The notes under the pieces: generated by a model
Database searches by the model: none
What the model was told of the DNA's origin: nothing
Seen by the model: only the letters and a program-made list of their open reading frames with translations
Part shown: positions 30,321 through 39,468 of the stretch, piece by piece
How positions within the stretch are numbered: the stretch's first letter is position 1
How the letters are laid out: the number at the start of each line of letters is the position of its first letter
Assembly (NCBI GenBank): GCA_044342325.1
Contig: JBIIPZ010000008.1
Span: 24,208-88,207 of the forward strand
Direction: 5' to 3'
DNA from: Terrimicrobiaceae bacterium
Lineage (GTDB): Bacteria; Verrucomicrobiota; Verrucomicrobiia; Chthoniobacterales; Terrimicrobiaceae
DNA: 64,000 bases
Translations under genes and position numbers: made by a program

Positions 30321-30952
30321 AGGGCGATAACTCGCGTTACATCATTCCGGCAGCCGCATTGCCCGATGGCATCCAACTCCCGCAGGGAACCGGCCTGGTG
30401 ATGGATGCTTGGATGGACGCGCAAGCTGGTGCGATCTGCCGGGGCGAGTGGAGTGGATGGCCCTGCGCCGGGGGATTTGATTTGCTGCGCGATGCGGTGA
30501 CTGCCACCGATGCGGATGACGGAGTGCTCTGGTTGGTGGACGATGTGAAACGCGAGCTGCGTCCCTGCTTCAGCATCGGGCAGCATTGTGAAATCTTTCT
30601 CAAAGAGATTCGTCAACCGCTCACCTCGGGCTTGATCAGCATGGTTTTTTTCACCGAGGACTCGATCTGCGAAGCTGAAGTTAGACGCCGGAGCGAGTAT
30701 TGCCCGGATGTCGATTCGCGTCTCGGCGCGAAGACAAAAGCCATGATTGCGGTCCCGATCTTTTTTGCACAGCGGTGCAGGGGAGTTTTTTCGGCCGTTC
30801 TCTTCGAGGTTAGTTCCCAAGTGACGCATAAGGAGGCCTTCCTACACTCGGATTTTGAAACGCTCTCTCAGGCGGCCACGCTCTGGGGCGAGTTGATGGA
30901 TTCGCAACTCGCTGGAGTCGGAATACAAGGCGGCGCAAACTCGGGTTTATGA
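30317..30952 (+). CDS. Stand-alone GAF-domain protein
   Basis: GVLWLVD...ELRPCF...QPLTSGLISMVF...TKAMIAVPIFF...GVFSAV...FETLSQAA is a GAF-type strand/helix pattern. Confidence 0.75.
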   Translation: MKGDNSRYIIPAAALPDGIQLPQGTGLVMDAWMDAQAGAICRGEWSGWPCAGGFDLLRDAVTATDADDGVLWLVDDVKRELRPCFSIGQHCEIFLKEIRQPLTSGLISMVFFTEDSICEAEVRRRSEYCPDVDSRLGAKTKAMIAVPIFFAQRCRGVFSAVLFEVSSQVTHKEAFLHSDFETLSQAATLWGELMDSQLAGVGIQGGANSGL

Positions 30953-31713
30953 GTGGAGTCATTCGCTGGGAGGACTTCCCGGATGCCGTGCGGCGTGGTG
31001 ACGGGCGAGGGGTGAGGATTGCGGTGCTTGATTCCGGCATCGAAAGGCTTCATCCGGGATTTGAAGGGGCTCACTTTGATGACGATCTTTGCTTTGCGAC
31101 TACGGAAAATGGCGAGGCTCCAAATGATGCCGGCGGGATGGATTTCTTTGGTCATGGAACGGCTGTGGCATCGGTGCTTCTTCAGACCGCCCCCGCTGTC
31201 ACGATCGGCAGCTTCCGCGTTCTTGGCGGCGAGGCTTACGGTCGGGATGAAATCATTCGCCGGGCCGCATTGGAGGCCATAGCGCGTGGATACCACATCA
31301 TCCACTGCAGCTTTGGCGCGAGCGGGTCGCCATTCACCGTGATGTCGTTCAAATCGTGGATCGATGCCGCGTATCTAGCCGGCGTTCATATTGTCGCGGC
31401 CTGCAATAATGGCGGATCATCTGTGCGTGTTTGGCCAGCGCATTTTTCAAGCGTGGTCGCGGTGGATTCCGCCGCTGGGGTTTCCAGCGGGCAAATCCAG
31501 AGGCGTGCTGGATCGCTTGTGGAGTTCGCTACTCTGGGAGGCGTTCGGGCGCGTTTGCCTTGGAAGGATAAAACGATGCGCAACATTGCGGGAACGAGCT
31601 TTTCCGCCCCAGTGGCCACGGGCCTCATGGCCAGGATTCTCTCCATCCATCCCGACATTCATCCCGACCAGATGAAGATGATTCTGCGGGAAATCGCCGA
31701 GCCTGCGGAGTAG
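30949..31713 (+). CDS. Minimal cytoplasmic S8 (subtilisin-like) serine peptidase
   Basis: IAVLDSGI (Asp), GHGTAVA (His), AACNN (oxyanion Asn), GTSFSAP (Ser); no signal peptide or propeptide. Confidence 0.88.
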   Translation: MSGVIRWEDFPDAVRRGDGRGVRIAVLDSGIERLHPGFEGAHFDDDLCFATTENGEAPNDAGGMDFFGHGTAVASVLLQTAPAVTIGSFRVLGGEAYGRDEIIRRAALEAIARGYHIIHCSFGASGSPFTVMSFKSWIDAAYLAGVHIVAACNNGGSSVRVWPAHFSSVVAVDSAAGVSSGQIQRRAGSLVEFATLGGVRARLPWKDKTMRNIAGTSFSAPVATGLMARILSIHPDIHPDQMKMILREIAEPAE

Positions 31714-31743
31714 CAGGCTGATGGTGAGTGGTTGGCCGCTTCC

Positions 31744-33321
31744 CTACTGGATCGAGGGAGGAACGGGGCCGGTTTTGGGAACGAGGCGGAGAATGACCGT
31801 GCGGTTGCGCGCAGCGGCATTTGGGACATCGCTCGAGAAAGGCTGGGTCATGCCGCCGGTCGAACTCACAAGCAGGCGCTCTGCGGGAAAGTTGCTATCC
31901 TCGCGCAAGACTTCCGTGGCGGCCACAGCACGGCGAAGTCCGAGCGTGTAGTTATCGCGGAATGGTGACTGCTGGCGCATGGCAGTGCCGTCCGTCTGGC
32001 CTTCGATGATAAGCCAGAAGTCCGGAGCGTTCTTGGCGATCAATGCTCCTGTGAGAGCAAGTTGCTCGCGGCCTTTTTTATCCACTTTCAAGCCTGAAGC
32101 GAAGATGCCTTCTTCAAACTTGATGCGTATCTCGTTTTTGTTGCTGGTGATCACGCAGCCGGGGAGTTCCATGAGGCTTGGGAGCAGGCGGTTGATTGCT
32201 TCCAGATTCTGGTCGGGAGCAGGCGCTGCCGCAACAGGGGCAATCGGTGCGGTGCGGGCGGGCACTTCCGGCGTCAGGGTCACAGGCTTCGGTGTCGGAG
32301 CCTCTACAAGTGCGACTGGCGCAGGCGTAGGTGCAGGTGTGGAAATCGTCTCGGTCACAGCGGCAGGCATCGGCGCGGAGGCGGAGATGTTTGCCTGAGA
32401 TGCGATCGGCTCATCGTTGTCGTTATGTTTATAAACAACCTGAAATTCCGGCAACACGGGCATGGTGGGTTGCGGCTTAGGCTGGGCGAGCGGCGAGGGG
32501 GCCGGTTCGCCGGGATTGAGGAGTTCTTTGATGCCGAATCCTGCGGCGCCAAGAACGACCAGAATCACAACCCAGTAAGCGAGTTTCCGAAAGGCGTTCA
32601 TGCCTCCACCGGAGCGGTCGCCATTGCGAGAGGGAGGAAGCGGAACGGCTCCGGGCTTGTTGTAGGGACGCGATATCTCCACGGCATCGGTGTCGTGTGA
32701 GGTCTCGCGGTTTGTTTCGCGGAATGCCGGGAGGGCAGATGCTGAGGGCTGAACAGCTTTACGAATCTTCGGTTCTCTCGGTGCAGGAGCCGCTTTGGAA
32801 GATTTTTTGCCCTGCGATTTTTCAGAGATTTGGGCCATGAGCTCTAGGGCGGAGGTAGAGCGAGCCGGTGCCTTGCGGGCGGCTTTAGCTGCGGGTTTGG
32901 CAGGAGCCTCTTCTTCGTCTGGTTGCTCGATCACTTCGCTGACACCGCTGAATTCGTCAATCTCACGCACTTCGCCGACGGAATCGAAATCGTCATCACC
33001 GACCGAGCCAACCATTTCCTCGACCACTGGCTTGATTTGCCGAGCCACGGTGGACTCGGCTTTTTGAAGCTTGGCGGGAAAATCGACCTCGGCTGGTTCG
33101 CCCACTGATTCTTCAGGCAGATTGGTGGCTTCGCCATCGCGTTCGCGCATCCAATTTTCCAGTGCGAACCGGTTGAACCGCCACTGGCGTCCGACTTTCA
33201 CTCCGGGCAATTGCCCCTCGCTGCAGAGTTTCAAGAGTGTGGACTTGGGCATTTTGAGGAAGACTGCCGCCTCGTCGCCGTTCATCACTTCATTTTGGGG
33301 AGTTGTTTGATCGTTTGCCAT
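31744..33321 (-). CDS. Excisionase-type HTH + single TM + OmpA/MotB-like C-terminal domain protein
   Basis: VMNGDEAAVFLKMPKSTLLKLCSEGQLPGVKVGRQWRF; TM LAYWVVILVVLGAAGFGI; IIEGQTD...NYTLGLRRA...ARNRTVIL. Confidence 0.8.
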   Translation of the reverse strand: MANDQTTPQNEVMNGDEAAVFLKMPKSTLLKLCSEGQLPGVKVGRQWRFNRFALENWMRERDGEATNLPEESVGEPAEVDFPAKLQKAESTVARQIKPVVEEMVGSVGDDDFDSVGEVREIDEFSGVSEVIEQPDEEEAPAKPAAKAARKAPARSTSALELMAQISEKSQGKKSSKAAPAPREPKIRKAVQPSASALPAFRETNRETSHDTDAVEISRPYNKPGAVPLPPSRNGDRSGGGMNAFRKLAYWVVILVVLGAAGFGIKELLNPGEPAPSPLAQPKPQPTMPVLPEFQVVYKHNDNDEPIASQANISASAPMPAAVTETISTPAPTPAPVALVEAPTPKPVTLTPEVPARTAPIAPVAAAPAPDQNLEAINRLLPSLMELPGCVITSNKNEIRIKFEEGIFASGLKVDKKGREQLALTGALIAKNAPDFWLIIEGQTDGTAMRQQSPFRDNYTLGLRRAVAATEVLREDSNFPAERLLVSSTGGMTQPFSSDVPNAAARNRTVILRLVPKTGPVPPSIQ

Positions 33322-33428
33322 GCCAGATTTGTGGGGAGCGAACCTGCAATAAAAAGCAGGCGGATGCAAACATTGCTTTTCGGGTTTGTCGTTGCCGGAT
33401 GCGGATTTTTTCGAGAATGCTTGAGGAA

Positions 33429-34268
33429 ATGAAAAGCGTTCGAGTGCGAGTGCCGGCTACTACGGCAAATCTGGGGCCTGGTTTTGATGCGATGGGAATC
33501 GCCCTGCGTATTTACAATACAACCACCGTCGCGCGCGGGAGAGGAACCGATCCCGGCGACATGGCCCAAGCTGCGGCGGATCTGTTTTTTCAGACCTCGG
33601 GGCTGAAGAAATTTGATTTCCACTGGAGTGTGGAAGGCGATGTGCCGAGGTCGCGCGGTCTTGGCAGCAGCGTCACCGTGCGACTTGGTGTGTTGCATGG
33701 ACTCAACGCGCTGGCTGGCAAGCCGCTGGATCGACAAGCGGTCTTCAAGCTCTGCGCGGAATTGGAGGGCCACCCCGACAACGCCGCGCCTGGGGCCTTC
33801 GGGGGCTTCTGCATCGCTCCCAAAGCCGGTCCATTGCAGCGTTATCCAGTCGGTGAGGAACTGGCCTTTGTTCTGCTGATTCCTGACATGGAGCTAGAGA
33901 CATCCAAGGCTCGTGGCGTTCTTCCATCAAAAATCCCACTCTCCGATGCCGCTCTCTCGGTGGGTAACGCAGCGGCCATCGCCGGGGCGTTTGCCAGCGG
34001 CGACTACCGTAAGTTGGCAGGTTGCTTCGAGGATCGCCTGCACCAACCTTACCGCGCCAAACTCATGCCGTTTCTGGATGATGTCATCGCCGCCGGATGC
34101 GCAGCAGGCGCCCTCGGGGGCTGGCTGAGTGGAGCTGGATCGACTGTAGCCTGCGTAGCGCTTCGCCGTCCGGACAAGGTGGCAAATGCCATGATCTCGG
34201 CCTGCGGACTCGAATCCGCCTGCGCCGTCGTGGTGCGCGCTGACAATGCCGGGGTGAAAATCGCATGA
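33429..34268 (+). CDS. thrB: Homoserine kinase
   Basis: VPATTANLGPGFD, PRSRGLGSS, EGHPDNAAP, DRLHQPYR and LSGAGST. Confidence 0.95.
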   Translation: MKSVRVRVPATTANLGPGFDAMGIALRIYNTTTVARGRGTDPGDMAQAAADLFFQTSGLKKFDFHWSVEGDVPRSRGLGSSVTVRLGVLHGLNALAGKPLDRQAVFKLCAELEGHPDNAAPGAFGGFCIAPKAGPLQRYPVGEELAFVLLIPDMELETSKARGVLPSKIPLSDAALSVGNAAAIAGAFASGDYRKLAGCFEDRLHQPYRAKLMPFLDDVIAAGCAAGALGGWLSGAGSTVACVALRRPDKVANAMISACGLESACAVVVRADNAGVKIA

Positions 34269-35455
34269 GGCGTTGGATCGAGGGGCTCGAGTCCTTCGCG
34301 ATGGATGTCATTCTGGACCGTCGCTACGGGCGGCGGGCAGGGGCATTGCGCTGGGTTCTCTCCGGGTTGTCAAAAATCTACCTCGCCATTGTGCAAATGC
34401 GCTTGGCGCTTTACCGGGGTCGCATTTTCCGCAGCCACTCGCACGGTTGCCTCGTCATCAGTGTTGGGAATCTCACTGTGGGCGGAACCGGCAAGACCCC
34501 TGTGGTGGAAATGCTCGCGAGGGCGCTTCAAGATGGCGGCCGGCGGGTCGCTATTTTAAGCCGGGGCTACAAGAGCGTGCCGCGACCGTTTTTTTTGAGG
34601 CTCGCGGATAAACTCACGCGCCGAAAATCGCTGTTCGTGCCCCGCGTGGTTTCGGACGGGGTTTCCTTGCTGCTGGATTCCCGCACGGCGGGTGATGAGC
34701 CCTTCATGCTCGCAAACAACCTGCGTGGTGTCGTGGTGCTGGTGGACCGCGACCGCGTGAAGAGCGGAATCTACGCGATCAAGGAATTCGGCTCGGATGT
34801 GCTCATTTTGGACGATGGTTTCCAGTATGTAAAAATGCGGCACGGTCTCGAGGTGGTTCTGATTGATCGTCAGGCTCCCTTTGGCAACGAATACATGCTG
34901 CCACGCGGAACTCTGCGCGAGCCCCCGGAGAACCTCCGCCGGGCCACCCACATTTTTCTCACCAAGTGCGACGGGAGCGACAACTCGGAGATCATTGCAA
35001 GAATTCGCCGCTACAACCGCACGGCTGAAATCATCGAGTGCACGCACCGTCCGAAGCATCTGCGCAATTTCTCTACCGGCGAGGTCAAGCCGCTTGAGTT
35101 TTTGCAAGGGTTGAAAATCGGCTCCCTGAGCGGCATCGCCGTGCCCGAGAGCTTCGAGTCCGCCCTGCGTGGGTTGGGCGCCGAGCTGGAGCTCACGCAG
35201 AGCTACGCCGACCACCACCGCTATTCCACAAAGGAAATCGATCGCTTCATCCGCCGCTGCGCTCGCAGGAATCTTGATGCCGTTCTCACCACTGAGAAAG
35301 ATGCTGTGCGCATTCCCCGCATCATGAATCCCGAGGTGCCGGTTTATTACATGCGCGTCGAAATTGAAATTCTGGCGGGCCAGGAGACCTGGGAGCGTTT
35401 TGTCGGCAGGCTCACGCAGTTGCGCGGCGGGCTGATTCCCGAGCGCTGCTATTGA
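34265..35455 (+). CDS. lpxK: Tetraacyldisaccharide 4'-kinase
   Basis: [38 protein letters not shown] and TTEKDAVR. Confidence 0.95.
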   Translation: MRRWIEGLESFAMDVILDRRYGRRAGALRWVLSGLSKIYLAIVQMRLALYRGRIFRSHSHGCLVISVGNLTVGGTGKTPVVEMLARALQDGGRRVAILSRGYKSVPRPFFLRLADKLTRRKSLFVPRVVSDGVSLLLDSRTAGDEPFMLANNLRGVVVLVDRDRVKSGIYAIKEFGSDVLILDDGFQYVKMRHGLEVVLIDRQAPFGNEYMLPRGTLREPPENLRRATHIFLTKCDGSDNSEIIARIRRYNRTAEIIECTHRPKHLRNFSTGEVKPLEFLQGLKIGSLSGIAVPESFESALRGLGAELELTQSYADHHRYSTKEIDRFIRRCARRNLDAVLTTEKDAVRIPRIMNPEVPVYYMRVEIEILAGQETWERFVGRLTQLRGGLIPERCY

Positions 35456-35904
35456 TTTGAGAAATGCCGCCGCGTCGCCTCGTGGCGGGAGCGAAACATC
35501 TCGGCGAAGACCAACGGCAGAATCCAACGCGATACAAGTCGCCCGGGCAGGCCGCCCTTCAGCAGATACTCCACACAGTCGGTCAGCAGGGCTCCCTCGG
35601 GATGTGGACTGAAGATGTGGCTGTGCCGCCAGATGGCGAATGGCGAGCTGAGCGCTGTGTCCACAAGCAGGCTCGGCGCTTCGGCTTTTTCCCATTGCCC
35701 GGTCCACCGGATCGGAAGGCCGAACTGCGTGGCGCGGATGCGGAAGGTTTCTCCGGCCCTCGCCTGCTTCTGGCAGATGATTTCCTGCACGGCCAGTGAA
35801 CTGGGCGCAATAAGCGTCATGTTTCCTGGATTCTCGTGAAATTCATAGAGAGCTTCAGGACTTGTTGCGACCGGTGTGGAGCTTTCGAAAACGTATGGCT
35901 TCAT
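35449..35904 (-). CDS. SRPBCC-family protein
   Basis: LYEFHENPGN...SPFAIWRHSHIF...MFRSRH. Confidence 0.8.
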   Translation of the reverse strand: MKPYVFESSTPVATSPEALYEFHENPGNMTLIAPSSLAVQEIICQKQARAGETFRIRATQFGLPIRWTGQWEKAEAPSLLVDTALSSPFAIWRHSHIFSPHPEGALLTDCVEYLLKGGLPGRLVSRWILPLVFAEMFRSRHEATRRHFSNQ

Positions 35905-36031
35905 GGAAAAATGCGCTTGACCTATTTGCGGCATCAGCAAGTTTGGCGCGCGCCTTCCGAGTTGCTTCAAATTTCTTGTTGCAAAATGAAAGGCCGCTCA
36001 TTACTCACAACCCGCAATCCAATCTAATCAC

Positions 36032-36277
36032 ATGTCTGAAAAATCCATCGAAGAAAAAGTAAAAGATATCATTGTCGAGCAACTCGGAGTGAACGCCGAA
36101 CAAGTGACGCCCACAGCCTCCTTCATTGAGGACCTCGGAGCCGACTCGCTCGATACTGTTGAACTCGTCATGGCCTTCGAGGAAGAATTCTCGGTTGAAG
36201 TTCCCGATGAGGACGCCGAAAAGCTCCAGTCCGTCGGCGATGTGATCAAATACATCGAAGAAAAAGCCGGCAAGTAA
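36032..36277 (+). CDS. acpP: Acyl carrier protein
   Basis: [20 protein letters not shown]. Confidence 0.97.
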   Translation: MSEKSIEEKVKDIIVEQLGVNAEQVTPTASFIEDLGADSLDTVELVMAFEEEFSVEVPDEDAEKLQSVGDVIKYIEEKAGK

Positions 36278-36299
36278 TCGCTCGGTTTTAGTTTTTAGG

Positions 36300-36325
36300 A
36301 AAACCCCGCTTCGGCGGGGTTTTTT
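36300..36325 (+). terminator. Intrinsic terminator after acpP
   Basis: AAAACCCCGC-TTCG-GCGGGGTTTTTT. Confidence 0.9.
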
Positions 36326-36369
36326 GTTTTCCATCGACTTCCGGGTCCGGGGTTTTGCAGGATGCACTC

Positions 36370-37770
36370 ATGAAGATTCTCATTGCGGCCAGCGAAATGT
36401 CTCCCATTTCAAATTCTGGGGGGCTTGCGGATTTTGTTGAGGGATTGTCCGCCCACCTTGGTGCTGCTGGTCACGAGGTCACCGTCGTTCTCCCGTTCTT
36501 CCGCTGCGTCAGGGAAAACAAGGCTCTCGGGGCGAAACGCTCCAAGATGAGGTTCTCGGTCGCGGTCGGTTCGGAAAATTTGTCCTGCGAGGTCTGGGAG
36601 GCCGCCGGTCCCCGGGGCGTGAAGTTGCGCTTCATCCAGCGGGAGGAGTATTTCGACCGCACAGGCCTCTATGGCGTTGATGGCCGTGACTACCAAGACA
36701 ATGCGGCGAGGTTCATTTTCTTTTCCAAATGCGTGACAGAACTCGCCCGTCTCAACCTGCCGGATGCCGTTCACCTCGTCGGTTGGCAGGTCGCGATGGC
36801 GGCGGTGTTCATTCGGGATCAAAAACTGCCCGTCCCCACGGTGCTCTCACCGTTATCGCTCGATTACCAAGGCAATTTCTGGAGCCATGACTTTGCATTC
36901 ACCAATCTGCCGGGCTCCTATTTTTCAGCGGATGGGTTGGAGTTCTACGGCAGCATGAATTTTCTCAAGGCGGGGATCGTTTTTGCCGACGCCGTTGCGC
37001 TTCCAGGTGGGCGTTTCCTTGCGGAGGCCCAAACGCCGGTGCATGGATGCGGTCTCGAAAATGTGCTTCGCGAGCATTCGGCAAAGCTGGAGGCCATCGC
37101 GTTTGGATTCGATGAAAAGGATCTGCCTGTTGTGAAGGCTGACGCCAAATTGCGAGTTGCTGCGCGTCGCGAATTCTTCCCCTCCGCCGATCCCAAGTCG
37201 GCCCGTATTTTTGTGGTGGATACGATTTCCTCAGGCGGTGAGGGCATCGATCTGCTCTTGCAGGCTCTGGATTTGATTCCATCGCCGGACTTTTGCGTGG
37301 CCTTGCTGGGGCCGGTGGCCAATGACTCCATCGAGGTTCTTGATATCGCCCTGCGGCGTCATTCCAAGCGCCTTGTGCATTTGCCGGAAGTCGATGGGGG
37401 GCTCCTCGCCCGCGTCTTGGCGGCGGGGGATTTTGTCCTGGTTCCAGGTCCATTGGAGCCGCGAAGCGCCTTTGTGGCTGCTGCGATGAGGAACAGTCTA
37501 GTTCCCGTCTTGGAGTATTGCCCCGGCCTTCTGGATTTGGTGAGGGACTTTGATCCCGTGACCGGTTCCGGGAACGTCCTTGTCTTTCATCGTCACTCGG
37601 TCGCCGCACTCGCCGATGCCGTGAAGCGCGCCCTCTTCCTGCCGGCGGGAGAATGGGAAATTCTTTCGCAGCGCGTGCGCGAGACGGATTTTTCGTGGGG
37701 ACCGGCTGTCGCTCGCCTCGAAGAACTTCAGCGTCGTCTTCTACGCAAAACAGGCCGGACTTTAGTCTAA
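36370..37770 (+). CDS. Glycogen synthase-like (GT5) protein with degenerate catalytic motifs
   Basis: MKILIAASEMSP..GGLAD, DNAARFIFF, MNFLKAGI and DFSW give the GlgA fold, but the KTGG, HDW, HN and R..QKG motifs are altered. Confidence 0.8.
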   Translation: MKILIAASEMSPISNSGGLADFVEGLSAHLGAAGHEVTVVLPFFRCVRENKALGAKRSKMRFSVAVGSENLSCEVWEAAGPRGVKLRFIQREEYFDRTGLYGVDGRDYQDNAARFIFFSKCVTELARLNLPDAVHLVGWQVAMAAVFIRDQKLPVPTVLSPLSLDYQGNFWSHDFAFTNLPGSYFSADGLEFYGSMNFLKAGIVFADAVALPGGRFLAEAQTPVHGCGLENVLREHSAKLEAIAFGFDEKDLPVVKADAKLRVAARREFFPSADPKSARIFVVDTISSGGEGIDLLLQALDLIPSPDFCVALLGPVANDSIEVLDIALRRHSKRLVHLPEVDGGLLARVLAAGDFVLVPGPLEPRSAFVAAAMRNSLVPVLEYCPGLLDLVRDFDPVTGSGNVLVFHRHSVAALADAVKRALFLPAGEWEILSQRVRETDFSWGPAVARLEELQRRLLRKTGRTLV

Positions 37771-37773
37771 GAG

Positions 37774-39468
37774 GTGGCGATGCAAAGGCGTTGGATCTTT
37801 CCTGCGGCATCGGATGCCTCGTTGCTCTCGCGGGTCAGGCGCGAAGCAGATGTGCCGGACTTCCTCGCCGAGTTGCTATTGAAACGCGGGGTTGCCGATG
37901 GAATCTCCGCCGAGGCCTATCTCAAACCACGCCTGCGTTCCTTGAGCGCTCCCGAGCAGTTGCCAGAGATGGAGGCGGCCGTGGCAAGGATTCTGGCTGC
38001 GATGGATCGCCGCGAGAAGGTCGTTCTTTACGGGGACTACGATGTGGATGGCATCACTTCACTGGCGATTCTGGCGCGTTTTTTTAAAGCCTGTGGAATC
38101 ACGGTTCCATGCTTCCTGCCTCTGCGCGCCGAGGAGGGGTATGGTCTCAGCGAGGCCGGGGTTGAGCGTTGCTTGGAAATGCACGCGCCGCAATTGCTGC
38201 TGGCGGTGGATTGCGGAACGACTTCGGTGAGGGAAATTGCCGCACTTCGTCGGCGCGGGGTGGATGTCATTGTCCTCGACCACCACGAACCGGGTGCCGA
38301 ACGCCCTGACTGCGTGGCGCTCGTGAATCCCAAGTGCGGCACAGGCTTTCATTATCTCTGCAGCGCCGGCGTGGTTTTCAAACTCGCCCACGCCATTTTA
38401 AAGACCCGCCCGGTTGAGGGTCTCGATTTGAAGGAATATCTCGATCTGGTGGCGCTGGCCACGGTCGCCGACATCGTTCCTCTCGTGGACGAGAACAGGA
38501 TTTTTGTGAGCCACGGCCTCCGGCAAATGGAGCACACCCGCTGGGCGGGATTGGCCGCCCTCCAGCGTGTGGCGGATGTCCCCACGCCTGTAAAAGCAGG
38601 AGATATCAGCTTCCGCATGGGGCCGAGGATCAATGCCGCAGGGCGTCTCGGGCCTGCCATGGAGGCGCTCCAGCTTCTGCTCGCGGACGACCCCGCCGAG
38701 GCCTCGCGTCTCGCGGAGGGGTTGGATGCCCATAACCGCGAGCGTCAAGGAGTCGAGCGCCATGTCGTTCGCGATGCCGAGGAATGGGTTGCCAAAAATT
38801 TCAATCCCGACACCCAGGCTTCGATCGTCGCTGGCAGCCGGGATTGGCACATCGGCGTTCTCGGTGTGGTCGCCTCACGCATCATGAGGCAATACCACCG
38901 CCCGACCTTTATTATAGGTTTCGACGATTCGGGGGCGGGTAAAGGCAGTGGACGCAGCATCGAGGGGCTTCCCTTGGTGGCGATGCTCCGCGATTGCGCC
39001 GGGCATTTGGAGAAATTTGGCGGTCATGACATGGCGGCAGGTATTTCCTTGAGCGAGTCGAGTCTGCCCGCATTTCGAGAAGCTTTTGAGACCGCAGCCC
39101 AAGCGATTGCCAACGAGGAAATGCTGGCACCGCGCCTGCGCTTGGATTGCGAGTTGGGGCTGGGAGATATCGACGCCTCGGTGCTGGAGTCGCAGGATTT
39201 ATTGGAGCCTTTTGGAAATTCGAATCCCCAGCCCGTCATGTTCTCGCGCGCCGTGGCTCCAGCGGGCGAGCCTCGTGTCATGAAGGAAAAACACCTGCGG
39301 ATCGAGTTTCTGTGCGGTCGCCGCCGCGTTTCCGCTATCTTTTTTAATGCCCCGGTAAATGCCATGCCGCGACCGCCGTGGGATATTGCCTACACGCTGG
39401 ACTGGAATGTCTGGCAGGGTCGGGCCGAGCCTCAGTTGAGGATCGTCGAGGTGCGCCACTCGGAATGA
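37774..39468 (+). CDS. recJ: Single-stranded-DNA exonuclease RecJ
   Basis: GDYDVDG, VDCG, DHH, PRINAAGR, GSGRS, FGGH and EPFGNSNP. Confidence 0.96.
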   Translation: MAMQRRWIFPAASDASLLSRVRREADVPDFLAELLLKRGVADGISAEAYLKPRLRSLSAPEQLPEMEAAVARILAAMDRREKVVLYGDYDVDGITSLAILARFFKACGITVPCFLPLRAEEGYGLSEAGVERCLEMHAPQLLLAVDCGTTSVREIAALRRRGVDVIVLDHHEPGAERPDCVALVNPKCGTGFHYLCSAGVVFKLAHAILKTRPVEGLDLKEYLDLVALATVADIVPLVDENRIFVSHGLRQMEHTRWAGLAALQRVADVPTPVKAGDISFRMGPRINAAGRLGPAMEALQLLLADDPAEASRLAEGLDAHNRERQGVERHVVRDAEEWVAKNFNPDTQASIVAGSRDWHIGVLGVVASRIMRQYHRPTFIIGFDDSGAGKGSGRSIEGLPLVAMLRDCAGHLEKFGGHDMAAGISLSESSLPAFREAFETAAQAIANEEMLAPRLRLDCELGLGDIDASVLESQDLLEPFGNSNPQPVMFSRAVAPAGEPRVMKEKHLRIEFLCGRRRVSAIFFNAPVNAMPRPPWDIAYTLDWNVWQGRAEPQLRIVEVRHSE

